Shown here piece after piece: positions 51,501 to 64,000 of a stretch of DNA of 64,000 nucleotides (positions are counted from its first letter, which is position 1; each line of letters opens with the position of its first letter). The translations under genes and the position numbers were made by a program. Source of the DNA: Lama glama (Eukaryota); assembly GCA_028534125.1 (NCBI GenBank), contig CM052818.1, positions 6,574,001-6,638,000 on the forward strand, written 5' to 3'. The notes below the pieces were generated by a model. That model saw nothing but the letters and a program-made list of their open reading frames with translations. It was not told where the DNA came from and made no database searches.

Positions 51501-54500
51501 CAAGATTAAAGTGAGGATTGCTAAAACATTTTCTAGTTATTTCCCAGATTCTGAGCCCAGCACATTGTAAAGGAGGAAGATCTATTCACACCCCACAATA
51601 TCAGCAGGAACCCCTTGCTTTCAGCCTAATTAGTGTCTGGATGAAGGTTCTGTCCCCATTCGTTGCAAGGCAAGCACCCACTACCACCAGCCCCTTCCAG
51701 GAACCATGTTTTATATTGGGGATCTGTTCCTGAAAACTCATTACCTACCATTTTTAAAATACCTAAATTGATTATGAAGATGGGACATAGAAAATCCCTG
51801 CTGTTATCCTCAGTGGGGATGACTCTGCATGGGCAAGACGGGCTGCAGCATCTCAGAAATGCAGGGACACAGCCTGCCTTCCTCTCCAGGTAGATCTGGT
51901 CACAGGCAGTGCCTTGGTGCCCTGTGCTCCCAATTGTGGTATCAGTACCCGTTGGAGTACATGGATTCTGTTACTAGCAGACGCTGGGGTAGGGCGATTT
52001 CCAAAACGGCTCTCCATCAAGTGTGCTTTGTGGCTGATTTCGTGGATGTTAAGTAACCATGGGGAAGCCTTTTTCTTAAGTGATCTTAGCTTGCTTTTTA
52101 GCTGCCCCAACTCTGATATCATGCAAACCAGCTCTCTTTATGGAGCAAACATTTAATGTTCAGAAAATTTCTTCTCTGCTTTGTAGTGCCCGTTCATCAG
52201 CATTTGAGAGGAGAGCTGAGCTGGTGCCAGGTCTCACGTGTCTCGCTGGCTTTTCTCATCACTTGTTGTCTGTTATGGCCTCACCATACAAACAGCACAC
52301 ACTTTGGTCGACAGTAAGCAGTCAGAGCAATTGTTCTACCTGCAGGGGCTTGTACAGAGCTGCACAAAACTACCTCATCTACAACTTCCTTGCCTAGAAA
52401 GCTAGGATTATTTCTAAGGCCAGGGCAGTCTACTTTCAAAAAAAATTCTTACAGAGTTGATACTCAATCAAAATCACGAAACCACTACCTGCTTAAATAG
52501 AATTTGACCGATATCTTTGGCTTGTCAACATATTTGATTCAGCTGAAATATTTTGTTGATGCTTTTTCAAAAGAGGACAAGACATCTATTTCACACACAC
52601 GTTTTATATATACGTGTAATACTTGATATATACATAGATAATTTGATGAAATCAAAGAGTTTTTATAAATCTATAGGCACAAGGAAGACTGGGAGTGGGC
52701 GGGGGTGGGTGATTACAGTGAAGACTGGCGCTGACTCCCGTGGAGGAGGACGTGATGTTATATTTGGCTCAACTGGCGGGGGTGGGGGGCAGGGGGTAAT
52801 GCTGGGCAAAGAGGGAGCCTGAGAGGCTGGGATCTTGACTAATCCCTCTCAAGGTCTGGTGAAGTGGAGAAGGGTGGAAAGAGGGCCGGGAGGAAGTGAA
52901 TGTAATGTTTAGCATAATGGAGAGATAAAGGAGCCATGTAATCAGATAAGGGCTGGCTGAGGAGGGGGCCGGGGAAGGATTTATGGGGGATGTAAAAGTT
53001 CCAGGCTCCGTCTCTGAAACCGATGGGGGAGGGGCAGGAGCAGAGGACCAGTCCCCAGACGGCAGATGGAATGATTCTCCTCTACAGGTGTGCCTGAAAT
53101 GTACGCTCAAACCTGTTCTTTATAAATCTGCCTGGCATTAATAATGGCTGGAGGTCCGTTTGGTATTTTCTCCTGCTGAGGGCCTGACAGCCTCCCTGCC
53201 ACTCTGCTCTCTGACAGCTGAGAAAGGCAGGCAGGCAGGCAGGAAACCTAGTCCTCAGGAGCCAGGGATGCTGGTCTTGAAAGGACCTGGTTTTTGTAAT
53301 TAAAGTCAGCCTTTCAGGAAAAAAAAAAATTATGACGGCTGCCATTTACCAAACTTCTCTCTATCAGGCACTTGACCTCTATTACTGCTTTTGACCCTCA
53401 GGACATCCCATCAGGGTATGCTCTTGGGTTTTTTGGCAAATGAGGAAACTGAAGCTCAAAAAGAGGAGTTTCTTCAGCTACTGAAAAGGTCAAGGCCGTG
53501 CTGACCTGTCTGGCTCTGAATATCATTTATAGACACAGTGCTGCCTCGTCACCAGTTCCTACAATTCCTTGGTTTACTTCTGTAACGTGGCCTGGACTGG
53601 GCCTCCTTTGAATCTGGGAAGAACAGAACATAAAGGCCTGAGATCCAAAACGACTCCTTCCCCCCTTAGAATGGGCACCCCAAAATAAAAGTCTGGCTTT
53701 GAAGTTGCTCTTTCAGTCCCTCCCCATCCTGCCATGGGATGTCACCTACCTCTGTTGCCTGATCACAGTGATCACAGAATAGCAAGTCCTGTTACAAATA
53801 AGGCCATGGGTGGGGAGTGTAAAGCTTTTTCCTTAAAGGAACCACGTTTGGGCAGATCCCCAGCCCAATTCGGAAAAGCCAGTTTTATTCAAAAGGCACC
53901 CAAAGAATATGGTGGTGGTCAAACACCATTTGTAATGACACTGATTCTTAGGGTCAGTTTAACTCATGTTCAGACATTAAGGCTCCATTCAGTTGGTGTT
54001 TGGACCCATGCCTGGAACTTCACCAGGTCCTAATCAGTTACACCGGTTTAACAGTTGAAACTTGCAGAAGCACGCTGTTGTTGTTGTTGACAATGATAGC
54101 GTTTTTTGGAAAATTCTTCTCAAGCATACCAGCAGCGTTTTCCTTGTGCAAAATTGAGAAACGAATCTGCTCTTGCCTTTCCGGCTCCATCCTGCCCCCC
54201 ACCCCCAAACAAACCCCACATCTGGTTTAAACATGTTGTTTAATTCTTTCCAGAAAGAGAGAGGGAAGGTGGGAAGGGAGTTTTCCTTCTTTATACCTTT
54301 TTGGTAGTAGAGTTCATTGTCCTTTCTGTTCTGGGCGGGGTGGGTTCCTGAGTAACGTAAATACACCGCAGATAGGAAGCAGTTGGCGTGCAGCCATGCA
54401 GCTGGATTATCCAGACATCCTTCGCAGCTTTTAGTGCAACACTCTATCCCCCTGCCTTGTTTTAAATAGCCAGTTGCCTCAGTTAATGCTGGCTGTCGGG

Positions 54501-55289
54501 GTTGTTGCCAGAGGAGATGGGGGGCTTCTGTCCACCCCTCACCCCAGCTCACACAGCCCATCACAGAGAAGCCTGTGCCCTCAGGAAGGGGCATAGGAGG
54601 AATCAGGGCAGGAAAGAGGATGCTGCGGACCACAAGCCAAGGCCAAAATTTGCAGCCCCTGTAGTCTGGAAGCCAGGGAGTAGGGTATTTTTTTGAATCT
54701 CTAATAAATGAAGACTTTTCAGAAATAAGTTTATGGCACTGACATAAGTAATGCAAATTTCCCTTTTTTGTGTGTTAACTTAATCCCTTCAAGGGAAGAG
54801 AGAAAAGCAGGCAGCTGCAACAAGAAAAAAAAATAAAAGCATGTTTTAACCAGGGATGTGTAGAGTTTCAGTTATTCACCTTGGCCATTTCCTGTTGGGA
54901 TGAACCCACAGTCCATTCACAGAAGATTTGCTGTGTTTCATACTGGAGAATTACACATCCTGAGACCCCTTAGTTTTTCTAGAATAAATGGGGAATTGGG
55001 GTGGTGGGAGTATATTCTCAAATTGTATGTAACCAATCTAAACAATTACTATAAAATGTTCTTAACCTCTCTGATCTAAAGGAATATGCATGTTGAATCC
55101 TGAGATGAATAGATCAATGATAGAAACCATGTGATTTTTTTAAAAATTCAATTTTCCTATTAATGAAAAGGAAATCTTTACCCTATCCCAGTTAAGCTGT
55201 TGTGGCTTATAAGCAAATTAAGTATTGAATACTTAACAAAATCTCAGAGATTTTGTTAGCTATAAATGATTTTTTAAAAAACTTGTTTA

Positions 55290-57150
55290 TAAATATTTTG
55301 TATTTAACAGACTCATGGCACGATCTACTGCATATAAGATACCACTCTAGGCTCTGAGGATATAGCAGTAAACTGAAAGGGCAAAGTCCCTGCTCACATG
55401 GAGTTTACATCCTAGTTGGGAAGAGTGGGCAGACAAATAGGGCAGATGTTGATTTAGTAACAGGTAGAGAAAGAAAGCACGGTGAGAGGTTATAAGAGGA
55501 GTGGAAGGTGCTACCTTACATGAAGTGGACAGAGACGTCTTCTCTGATGAAATAACCTTGGACAGAGACCTGAATGAAATAGGACATGAGCCTAGTTGGT
55601 GTGTGGGGAGAAAAGTGGGAAATGGGGTTTGAGGTGAAAGAAGGAGCAAGTGCAAAGGCCCTGAGGTAGGAGTGTGCTTACTGTGGAGGACCGTCAAGCA
55701 CAATGGGGCTGAAGTGGAATGAGCAAGGAGGAGAGTAGTAAGATAAGCACTAGATTCTGACTTTTACTCAGAGTAATATACGAAGCTATTGGAGGGTTTG
55801 TGTAGAATGTCTTAATCTGACTTACCTTTTGATTTTCTTAGCAAGTTGGGCAGGCGTGGAAGTCAGGAGGCCAGTTGGAGACTGTTAAAATTGTCTGAGA
55901 GGTGTTGTGGGTATATTTCAAAGGAAGAACCAGTAGCATCAGAAAGTGTTGGGAATCAAGTGTTCAATCTTGAACATGTTGACTGGGTGCCAGAACAGAG
56001 AAATCACATAAGCAGTTGGTTTTACTGATCCAAAGCTTGGGGAAGAGGTCTGGGTATGGTAATGTGAACTGGGGCACTGTGAGCACACAGAAAATATTTC
56101 AGTGGAGTTGTTGGCCCTGGCTTGGATCACGGGTGGTTTGGCCACGTTCACAGGAGAAAAGGCAGCAAATACTGGGACTGACTAGTAGGCATGCTGGTGG
56201 GCACTGGTGCAAGATCTCTTCTGAGTGTGTCTATTTTCTTAGTGAAATTAAAGCAAGCTCATCCATCACCTGAGAGGGAGGGGGCAGGAGGACATGTGGA
56301 ACAATCTTCTTGGGGATGGATCAGGGAATTGTAGCAGGTTGCTGGGTGGACCCTCTTTGAGTTTAGTGGCAAGGACTTTAAAACTCGACCTGTGAGCATC
56401 GTAGGGTGGGTTTTTCCTTCTCCCCATGTACAGCAGCCTGAATAGGGGCATGGAGTTAAGTAGATGATAGAATTTCCCCAAGATTTGGAGTTTGGCCAGG
56501 CAACTGCAATGAGGAAAGCGGGGGCAGATGTTAAGATTTTGTACAGTGATGTCATGACAGACCATGGGACTCGAGTTGGGTAGACAATCAAATGAGAATT
56601 TGCAGGATGTGGGGAACAGGGAACAACAGAGGGTCGGCCCCAGTTGGGTGAAGAGTCATTGGAGTCTGGAGAGAGTGAGCTGCACCCTTCGGAGGTGGTG
56701 GCTGGAGAGCAGGATGCTTAAGACTGACAAGGTCAAGCGTGTGACCTAGGCATAGGTGGCTCAGGTTGGGTGTAAGACAAGGGCACTGGAGGAGAAGAGT
56801 TCCAGAAACTGAGAGGTCAGAGAATTGGAAGGATCCTCTGTGTGAATAATGAAATTACAAAGAATCATGCCAGGGCTCATGGTGAAGAGATGGAGGGACA
56901 GTGAGCCCACTTACTAATGTCTTCAAGGAATGAGGGGATGTGACCCTGAGGCCTGAGGAAAATTGAAGCAGGGCAGTGGGAGCATGGTCAGACTGTGAAC
57001 TTCGGGGGAACTGGAGAGAGAGCCAACAGCCTGCTGCAGAGGTGATACCCGACCCCACATCTAGGCTCAGCGGGCAGGATGCGGGAGGGAAAAGGCAGCC
57101 ATGTGAGTGGCCGCGTGACTCAGCCCAGAGCGCGTTTTCATTTAGGTTAA
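55290..57150 (-). mobile_element. LINE-2 (L2a-like), long degenerate copy
   Basis: ctaggctctgaggatatagcagtaaac...gtccctgctcacatggagtttacatcctag...aagtgcaaaggccctgaggtagg. Distal boundary approximate. Confidence 0.7.
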
Positions 57151-57163
57151 GAAAATGGAAGGA

Positions 57164-57435
57164 ACTTACACGAGGTACCTGGAGTAGTCAGATTCCTAGA
57201 GACCGGAAGCAGAATGGTGGTTGCCAGAGGCTGGGAAGAGGGGAGGATGGGGAGTTAGTGTTTAATGGGTACGGAGTGTCAAGTTGGGAAGATGAAAAAA
57301 GTTCTGGACGTGGATGGCTGATGTTCTGGTGATGGTTGTGGAGCAGTGTGAGTGTACTTCATGCCACTAAATGGTACACTTAAAATGGCTAAAATGGCCA
57401 GTTTTCTGTCGTGTGTATTTTACCAAAGGAAAGAA
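57164..57435 (+). mobile_element. L1MB-type 3' end
   Basis: agaatggtggttgccagaggctggg...gagttagtgtttaatgggtac...gtacacttaaaatgg. Confidence 0.88.
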
Positions 57436-58344
57436 ACAAGTGAAAGGAAGGGATGAGGAAGTAAGCCAATGTCAGACCTCCAGTCCCCTGGGGTACAGTG
57501 GGAGGGGAGCTGGGTCACAGAAGCCCGTGAGCTGCAGGGCGTGGTGGGAGGTCTGGGTGGCGCCTTTGGGGCTGAGTGAGGTGAGGGATGTGGCGCAGAG
57601 GGACCCTGGCATCTAAGTGGTCTCCTGCAGATTGCCTGGCCAGACTCTGAGCATTGGGCCTGGGGGGCGGAAAGAAGGGGTTCTGTGTTACTCTGCATCT
57701 TTGTTTCCCTAGAATCTGGCACAGCGCCTGGCTCACAGAAAGAAGATGGGAATATACATTTGAATGATTAAAGAAAAGAATGTTATTCAAAGAAAGAAAA
57801 CAGCAAGTGCGAATTTAATGGCCTAGCCAAAAATCCAATAAATTTCTCGAAAAGTAATGAAGAATGAAAAGAAGCTAGAGTGGGTCTCTGGAGGAGAAAG
57901 AGGATTTTTGGCAGATGTGCAAAAGAACTTATTGCGAAATTGAAGTTTAGACTGGAAAAAATAAAATCATAAGCAGAAGGCTACACTTGTGTAAAGGGTA
58001 TTTGAATCGAAATATTTTTCCACCTCTATAAATGATCGCATGGTGAATCTGTGATGTGAGAGTGGACTGTCCTCTTATGCTAAATCAGAAGCTAAAGCTT
58101 ATAAAATATTAAACCTTGGTCATTAATTATACACCAAGTCTTAAGGGTTGAAATCAGAATATCCTCTTAAGTTAATAGATTTGTCTTTCCTAACTTACAG
58201 ATGCCAAACTGTAGATAGCAGTGCATTTGTTTTATTATTAATACTTACACCTAGAAACTGGAAAATGTTATGCCTGCATACATCCTCAAAGACTCACAAA
58301 TATTTTTTAATGGGACTGGGCATCTTTTTTTTTTTTTCTAATGT

Positions 58345-58470
58345 TCTTTAAAAAATTTTGGGGGGGTGGTAATTAGGTTTTTACTAATTTATTCAAATGG
58401 TGGGTACCTGGGACTGAACCCAGGACCTTGTGCATGCTAAGCACCTACTCTACCACTATACTCTCCCCCT
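58345..58470 (-). mobile_element. Vic-1-like SINE about 200 bp upstream of exon 2
   Basis: ggtaattagg...tgaacccaggaccttgtgcatgctaagca...ctctaccac. Confidence 0.88.
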
Positions 58471-58672
58471 ACTAAATGCTCATTTCTATTGAGTTCAGTT
58501 CTATTGCTTTTCCCCTGAACAGTGAGATGGGCTACCTTTAAGGTTGCTGCTAGGTGTCGCTTTTCTTTCAATGAGTCCCGAAAATGCTGGCTGTGGTCAC
58601 CCTACACACTGTGATACATGTCCTCCAGCTCCAGACCATTGTCATGTCCCCTTCTTCTTGTTGTCGTTTTAG

Positions 58673-58850
58673 TGACAGCTATATTGTGCGCGTCAAGGCT
58701 GTGGTTATGACCAGAGATGACTCCAGCGGGGGATGGTTCCCACAGGAAGGAGGCGGGATCAGTCGCGTGGGGGTCTGTAAGGTCATGCACCCCGAAGGCA
58801 ATGGACGAAGCGGCTTTCTCATCCATGGTGAACGACAGAAAGACAAACTG
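58673..58850 (+). CDS. SPRED2: SPRED2 coding exon 2, N-terminal part of the EVH1 domain
   Basis: Translates as DSYIVRVKAVVMTRDDSSGGWFPQEGGGISRVGVCKVMHPEGNGRSGFLIHGERQKDKL, matching the SPRED2 sequence I recall. Polypyrimidine tract plus AG at 58671-58672; GTAAAT donor at 58851; 178 nt, phase 2 in and phase 0 out. Confidence 0.98.
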
Positions 58851-61634
58851 GTAAATGGCAGGCGTGCAACGCATGGGTTAAAGTGGCAACGACTGATTTC
58901 TTGACGTTAAATCATAGCCCTTTTCCTGTAGGTTTCTTTTTTCCCTTCTTTCTCTGACCTCAAACTCTCGCAAAAGCTTCCAAAGTTAGAACTCCCGGAG
59001 CTGGTGCCAAATTGCAAACTGGAACCCTGGCTTTCTAGTGGAGTCACTTTTTAACCACACACCATAAAACTCAGATGCTTAGGAGTCGTGCATGTGGCTG
59101 TCCTGTTTGCGTCTTTGATTAGTTAAGCTGTCTTTCTGTCACAGTAACGAGATGTTCAAAACAAAAGTCTGTTCTTTATTACGAATCACACTGTAGTGAG
59201 CTGTGAAGTCAGAGTCTTTTAAACGGTAGGATTTATTCATGGAACATGCCATCCAGGTTTGGAGGGTGGAAGCTAAAATGTAAAGACGAAGTCATCTAAC
59301 ATTTTGTTACTTCTAAAAAAAAAAAAAGGCTTATCTAAAAGGTACTGCAGCTTCTATTTCTTAAGATAATGAATAAAAACATGTTTGGGAAAAGAAAGTA
59401 ACAAAAAGCAGTGGCCTTAAACACTTCTGTCCTAATCCTGCGTGCTTAAAAATAGGCACTTTGGAGAGTAATCGTTCTCTCACAGCGATGGGGGCGTTGA
59501 TAGTTTATAACAGAGAGTTTCGTGGAGAAACTTGGATGGACAGTTCTATGTTATGAAGGATTCGATGCTACGAAGGAAAATTGAGTGTCTGTTTTTAATT
59601 GGTGGCCTTGAACCTGGGAGAACATGGTCCTATCTGTATTTGATCCAAGAGCGTGTACTCCAAAGCCAACCGTTGATTCAGAACGCACAGGATCTCAACA
59701 GGGAAAATACAGACACCACAGGGATACGTCAGTGGTCCATTTGAGACCCTTGACAGTGGCATCTGTTGAGTTTTATGTGCCAAGTATACAAATTTAATCT
59801 TCTTTTGCAATCACTTCTTAATGTTTATTAAGGGCACAAAATAGATCTGACAGAACAATTTCTAAATGTTATTTATGGGGGATCAGAAATGATATTTTCA
59901 CACTTGATTCATTTCTGAAAATGAATGAAAAATGTAAAGGGAGAATGTAGCTCATTTTAAGAAATGTGCCCATTCAAGAAATTCCTTATGTCGCAGCCAA
60001 ATAAAACACTTGTTTATCAGATAGTCACAGTAAAGGCAACATAAACACTAACAAGAAAAAGTAAAACAACTGCCTTTCATCCAGCGTTTGCCTGAGGGCT
60101 AAGGACAGTTGTGGCCTTTCAGTTAAGTTGTGTCTGTCACTGCATCCTTTCCGCAGCCTTTATAATTATAACCGAAGAGACTTAAGATTCAGAAAGACTC
60201 CTTGTTCTGGGTGACCAACCCCTCTTGGGGGCCGGGAACCAGTAATTGATGCCCTTTCACTCTGACCCAAACAGAGCCAAAGTCCCATGTGCACAACCAC
60301 CTTTGGCCTTTTGATACAGTTTTTCCCCCTTGTGCCTGTTTTTATTTTTACGTAGCTGTAATCAGAGCTCGTAAAAAGTTTTGGATCTCATTTGTTTTGC
60401 TCTAACTTTCTCATAAGAAATTTTCCATGTTGCCGGTATCAGATCGGTGTTCCATTGTTTGGTGATCTCCTTAGTGTCAAATACTAATACTCTTTCCCTG
60501 CCCACCCCCCACCTCAGTATTATTTATCTGCATTTTCCACAATTATTATTTTCTTGGAATAACTTGGGGGGGGTCAGATTTTTATGACTTTTGATACTTG
60601 TACAAGGAACTGCTACCAGCATATTTGAGAATTTCCTTTAATACATTGAAGTCAGATATTTTAAATCTTTATCAATTTGATTAGAGTAACGTAGTATCTT
60701 ATTGTTGGTTAATAATGAAATCAAATGGTTTTTTGTTGGTTAAACAGTTATAACTGAATTATCTTTTGGTGTCCTTTGCATATTTACCTTTGGGGGGCCT
60801 GATTGATATGTCTACCCTCCAAGTTAAATAAAGTTATTAATCTTCATCTGATATATTTGCTGCAAACATTTTTTTTTATAATCTGTTGCTTGCCTTTTTA
60901 AATTTTAGTTGGTGTTCTTTTTCTACAAAAATTTGGCTAGAGAAAACTTTTTCCCTTTTTTATTTTTATTGTTACTACTTTTGTGTTCACAAATTAGCTT
61001 ATGTAAATAGTTACATGTTTTTAGTTCTGTTTTTTCCTGGTATTTCTGTGGTTTGTCATCGATTATGTCAACCTCAGATGGCCTTTAGATTTCTTTTAAA
61101 TCATGAAGGGCTTTTTCTAATAGAAACAGTGTTGGTAATAGTTTTTCCAGTGTAGTACATTTCTAGAATTCAGCACATTGGGTTTTTTTTTTTGCTGCTT
61201 TTATTTGCATTCTCTGTTGATGTCTGTGAACTTAACTGCCATTGTTTCTTCAGGAAAAGTCTCTGTTCCGAATAATCTGTTCATAAAGTCATTATTTGGA
61301 TAATTTTTTGTCGGTTAGAGACAATCAGGTTTTCCTGAGAAAGGATATGTAAATTAAAAATTTCTGAGCTGACTCTTATTGTGAATGGACATGAGGATTT
61401 ACTTCTTAAATGACTCCTGTGAGAAATCACCTTATGAAAATTAATCACAAAATCTAAACCAAAGGTTGATCATTCCTGTGCAGGTCTGTGAGCACGCTCA
61501 CACATATTTGGTGGGAGCTCCAGCTGGCAAAGCTCTTCAAAAGGCAAAATTTGGCAGGATATTAATTTTAAATATGTATTACCTTTTACACATCTAAACT
61601 ATCCTATGGTAATAGACTTACAAAAATCTATTGA

Positions 61635-63095
61635 CAGCTACAATTTTCAGACATTTTTGGTCTCAGAATCCCTGTCTACTCTAAAAATGTGGTGAGGAAA
61701 AGCTTTTGTTTTGTGGGTTCTAGCTACTACTATTTAGTTTATTATAAATTAAAACAAAAACATTTTTTAATTAAACAGTAGTGTTAGCATAAATGACGTT
61801 CTTTATGGCAAATAATTATATAACTATTTTCCAGAAAAAAAATAATTAAAAGAGTAGTATTACTTTGCATTTTTGCAATGCCCTTTATTATCTGACTTAA
61901 TAGAAGCTAGCTGGAGTCTTGCTTTCAGTCTGTTGCAGTATGTTGTTTTGATTGAAGCATGTGGAAAAAAATCCAGTCTCACACAGATACGTAGTTAGAA
62001 AACAAAGAAATAGTCTAATAGTCTTTTCAGGAAATCACAAATATACTTCTTTGGTGCAACACGAAAACTCAGAGCTTATAGTGGTTGCTTAAATGTGGAC
62101 TCTGAAGCCTTATCGATGATCTTTAAATCCTCTGTTACTTTGAGATCCACTGGTTTCTCTTTCTCTTTGCATGGAGCTTTTACTCATCCCTGATTTTGTA
62201 ACATCATGCATTGGTCATTTGGAAAATAATAGTTTAGTAAATTAAACAGATCTTCTAAATATTGATACATTTAATTCTGTAGTATCAAAAAAAATCACAT
62301 TTCTTAATCTCACCACTGATGTCATTAGAAAAGTCTTTAAGTATTGGGAAGCTGTCCAGAATTCTAATTTTCACTTGAAAGTGCACATTTTTTTGTTGGC
62401 AACAAATATCTCCTTGTTTTCCTTGAGGTGATGGGCATACTGTGTTCATCTTCAAGAAACTACTGTCTGCCAGGTACCCAAGTCTGAATAACCACAGCTC
62501 ATCTGTTCCTTGTTCTTTCATGTAAACCTGGTGATCCATGAGAAAAGCAATTAGTTCAACTCACAGCTGCAACAATTGCACAAGTTTTTCCTTGAGGCAA
62601 TCATCATCCTTCCACGTGCAGCAGAAATGGAAAGGCTATTAGAAATACCCTTCCCTTTCCCAGCTCCACCTTTGTGCAAAGCCAGAGAGTTTCTTCACAT
62701 ACTTCAACCAAAGCAGCGTATTACAGCAGATCGAATGCAGAAGCAGATGTGAGAAACCAATTATATGTACTTCTCACTTCACATGAAGTAAAAGATGCAT
62801 ATTCAAAGGTCAGGATTTAATCATTTTTAACTGCTTCATTAAGAACAGTCCTACATGAAAGCCAGCCTTTTCTACTTTGACCATGGAACAGTGGTGAACC
62901 CGGTGACTTTGGTACCGTTTGGTGCCACCGCCTTGCCTTGCTTCATGTCTCAACACAGCAGCGTGACCCACCGTTCCTTTGGCACCATTAGCAGAAACGG
63001 CAACACACTGAAAAGGCAAATATGTCTTACATCTATGAAAATAGTTTTGCCATCCTGGACGCCCACCCCCGCCCCAAAAGGACCTGAGGATGGAG
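61635..63095. mobile_element. Charlie1-like hAT DNA transposon (about 1.45 kb), inside an old L1 fragment
   Basis: tttttggtctcagaatccct...tgattttgtaacatcatgcattggtcatttggaaaata...atgaaaatagttttg matches the Charlie1a consensus I recall. Confidence 0.8.
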
Positions 63096-63372
63096 AGGGA
63101 AGACTTCCAAGAGCCCAGAGACCAAACTCTGAGAATATGTACAGGGATATTCATTTCAGCATTGTCTGCAAGAGTGGCCAAGTAGAAATGACCTAAAAGC
63201 GCATTACTGTGGACAACGGCTGAATAATTCTAATATAGCCATGCTGAGGAATATTATGCAGCCATTAAGCAGAGCCCTTTATACCTTCCTGTATCTCTAA
63301 GACATGTTATTAAGGAAAAGGCAAGTTGCAGAGCAACTTATAGGTGTGGCTACATTTAAACACACACAAACT

Positions 63373-63505
63373 GGGGGGAGTGCATAGCTCAGTGGCAGAG
63401 TGCATGCCTAGTATGCATGAGGTGCTGGGATCAATCCCCAGTACCACCATTAAAAAATAAATAAATAAATAAACCTAATTACCTCCCCCCTCCAAAAAAA
63501 AATTT
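63373..63505 (+). mobile_element. Vic-1-like SINE
   Basis: atagctcagtggcagagtgcatg...ggatcaatccccagtacc, (TAAA)n tail. TSD-like acacacacaaact on both sides. Confidence 0.92.
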
Positions 63506-64000
63506 AAACACACAAACACACACACACACACAAACTTAGGTGAGTATGTAAAGGAGCTGTAGAAAGGAAACTGGGGTTGTGTCTGCCGTGCTGACAGTGG
63601 GCAGCTCTGGAGATGGACCGGCGTCAAGGGTAGGGAGGGAGAGATGAGTGAGGATGGAACCTTCATGTACTCACCTAAACTCCTTAAATCTTTCACAATA
63701 TGAATTTCTTGTGGAGATTTTTTTTAAACGTCCAGTAAGAATCAAAAATCCCTTTTTTTCTCCCACGCATCTCATTTAAAAAGATCATCTTAAAAGCTTT
63801 TCTCAAGTTTTAAGTTAATGCTTAAACTTCATTTCAGAGGATTTATACCTGTGATGCCAAAGCTTCACTAGAGGGGTTATACCTGTTGTGAAGATTAAAG
63901 CATTTGAACTTTTTCACTTTTGTCATTCAACTGAGATATGTAATGACGTACTCTTGTTGAAGAGGAGGACAAAGCGATGGCGTCTGACCCCCTCCCCCCT

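Noticed and set aside
54034..54756. 240-aa minus-strand ORF
   Set aside because: No recognisable domain, random-looking composition, no exon context. A BLASTP/PhyloCSF test would settle it.
58584..58904. 106-aa ORF as a stand-alone gene
   Set aside because: Only 58673-58850 is SPRED2 exon; the flanks are intronic read-through past clear splice sites.

Overview
Mammalian genomic DNA, most likely camelid, judging by nine copies of a tRNA-derived Vic-1-like SINE and the style of the L1 3' ends. The window lies inside SPRED2 (+ strand). It covers the 3' part of the long first intron, the alternative first coding exon 1b (ATG 39200, MASPAS-, donor after 39216), and the 178-nt exon 2 (58673-58850) encoding the start of the EVH1 domain. 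I did not find canonical exon 1a (MTEETHPD) or exon 3 in the window. The rest is intronic: SINEs, a young 5'-truncated L1 with TSD and a 500-N gap, older L1/L2/MIR copies, hAT DNA transposons, microsatellites and repeat-poor candidate enhancers. I see no new multi-gene system. Best leads: (1) a candidate extra exon at 31279-31411 that is either a poison exon or a third in-frame N-terminus; (2) a TSD-flanked insertion at 35894-36180 that looks like a twin-primed L1 3' transduction; (3) an inverted SINE pair inside one TSD; (4) a uORF-rich exon 1b leader. Repeat family names are recalled from memory and their boundaries are approximate.
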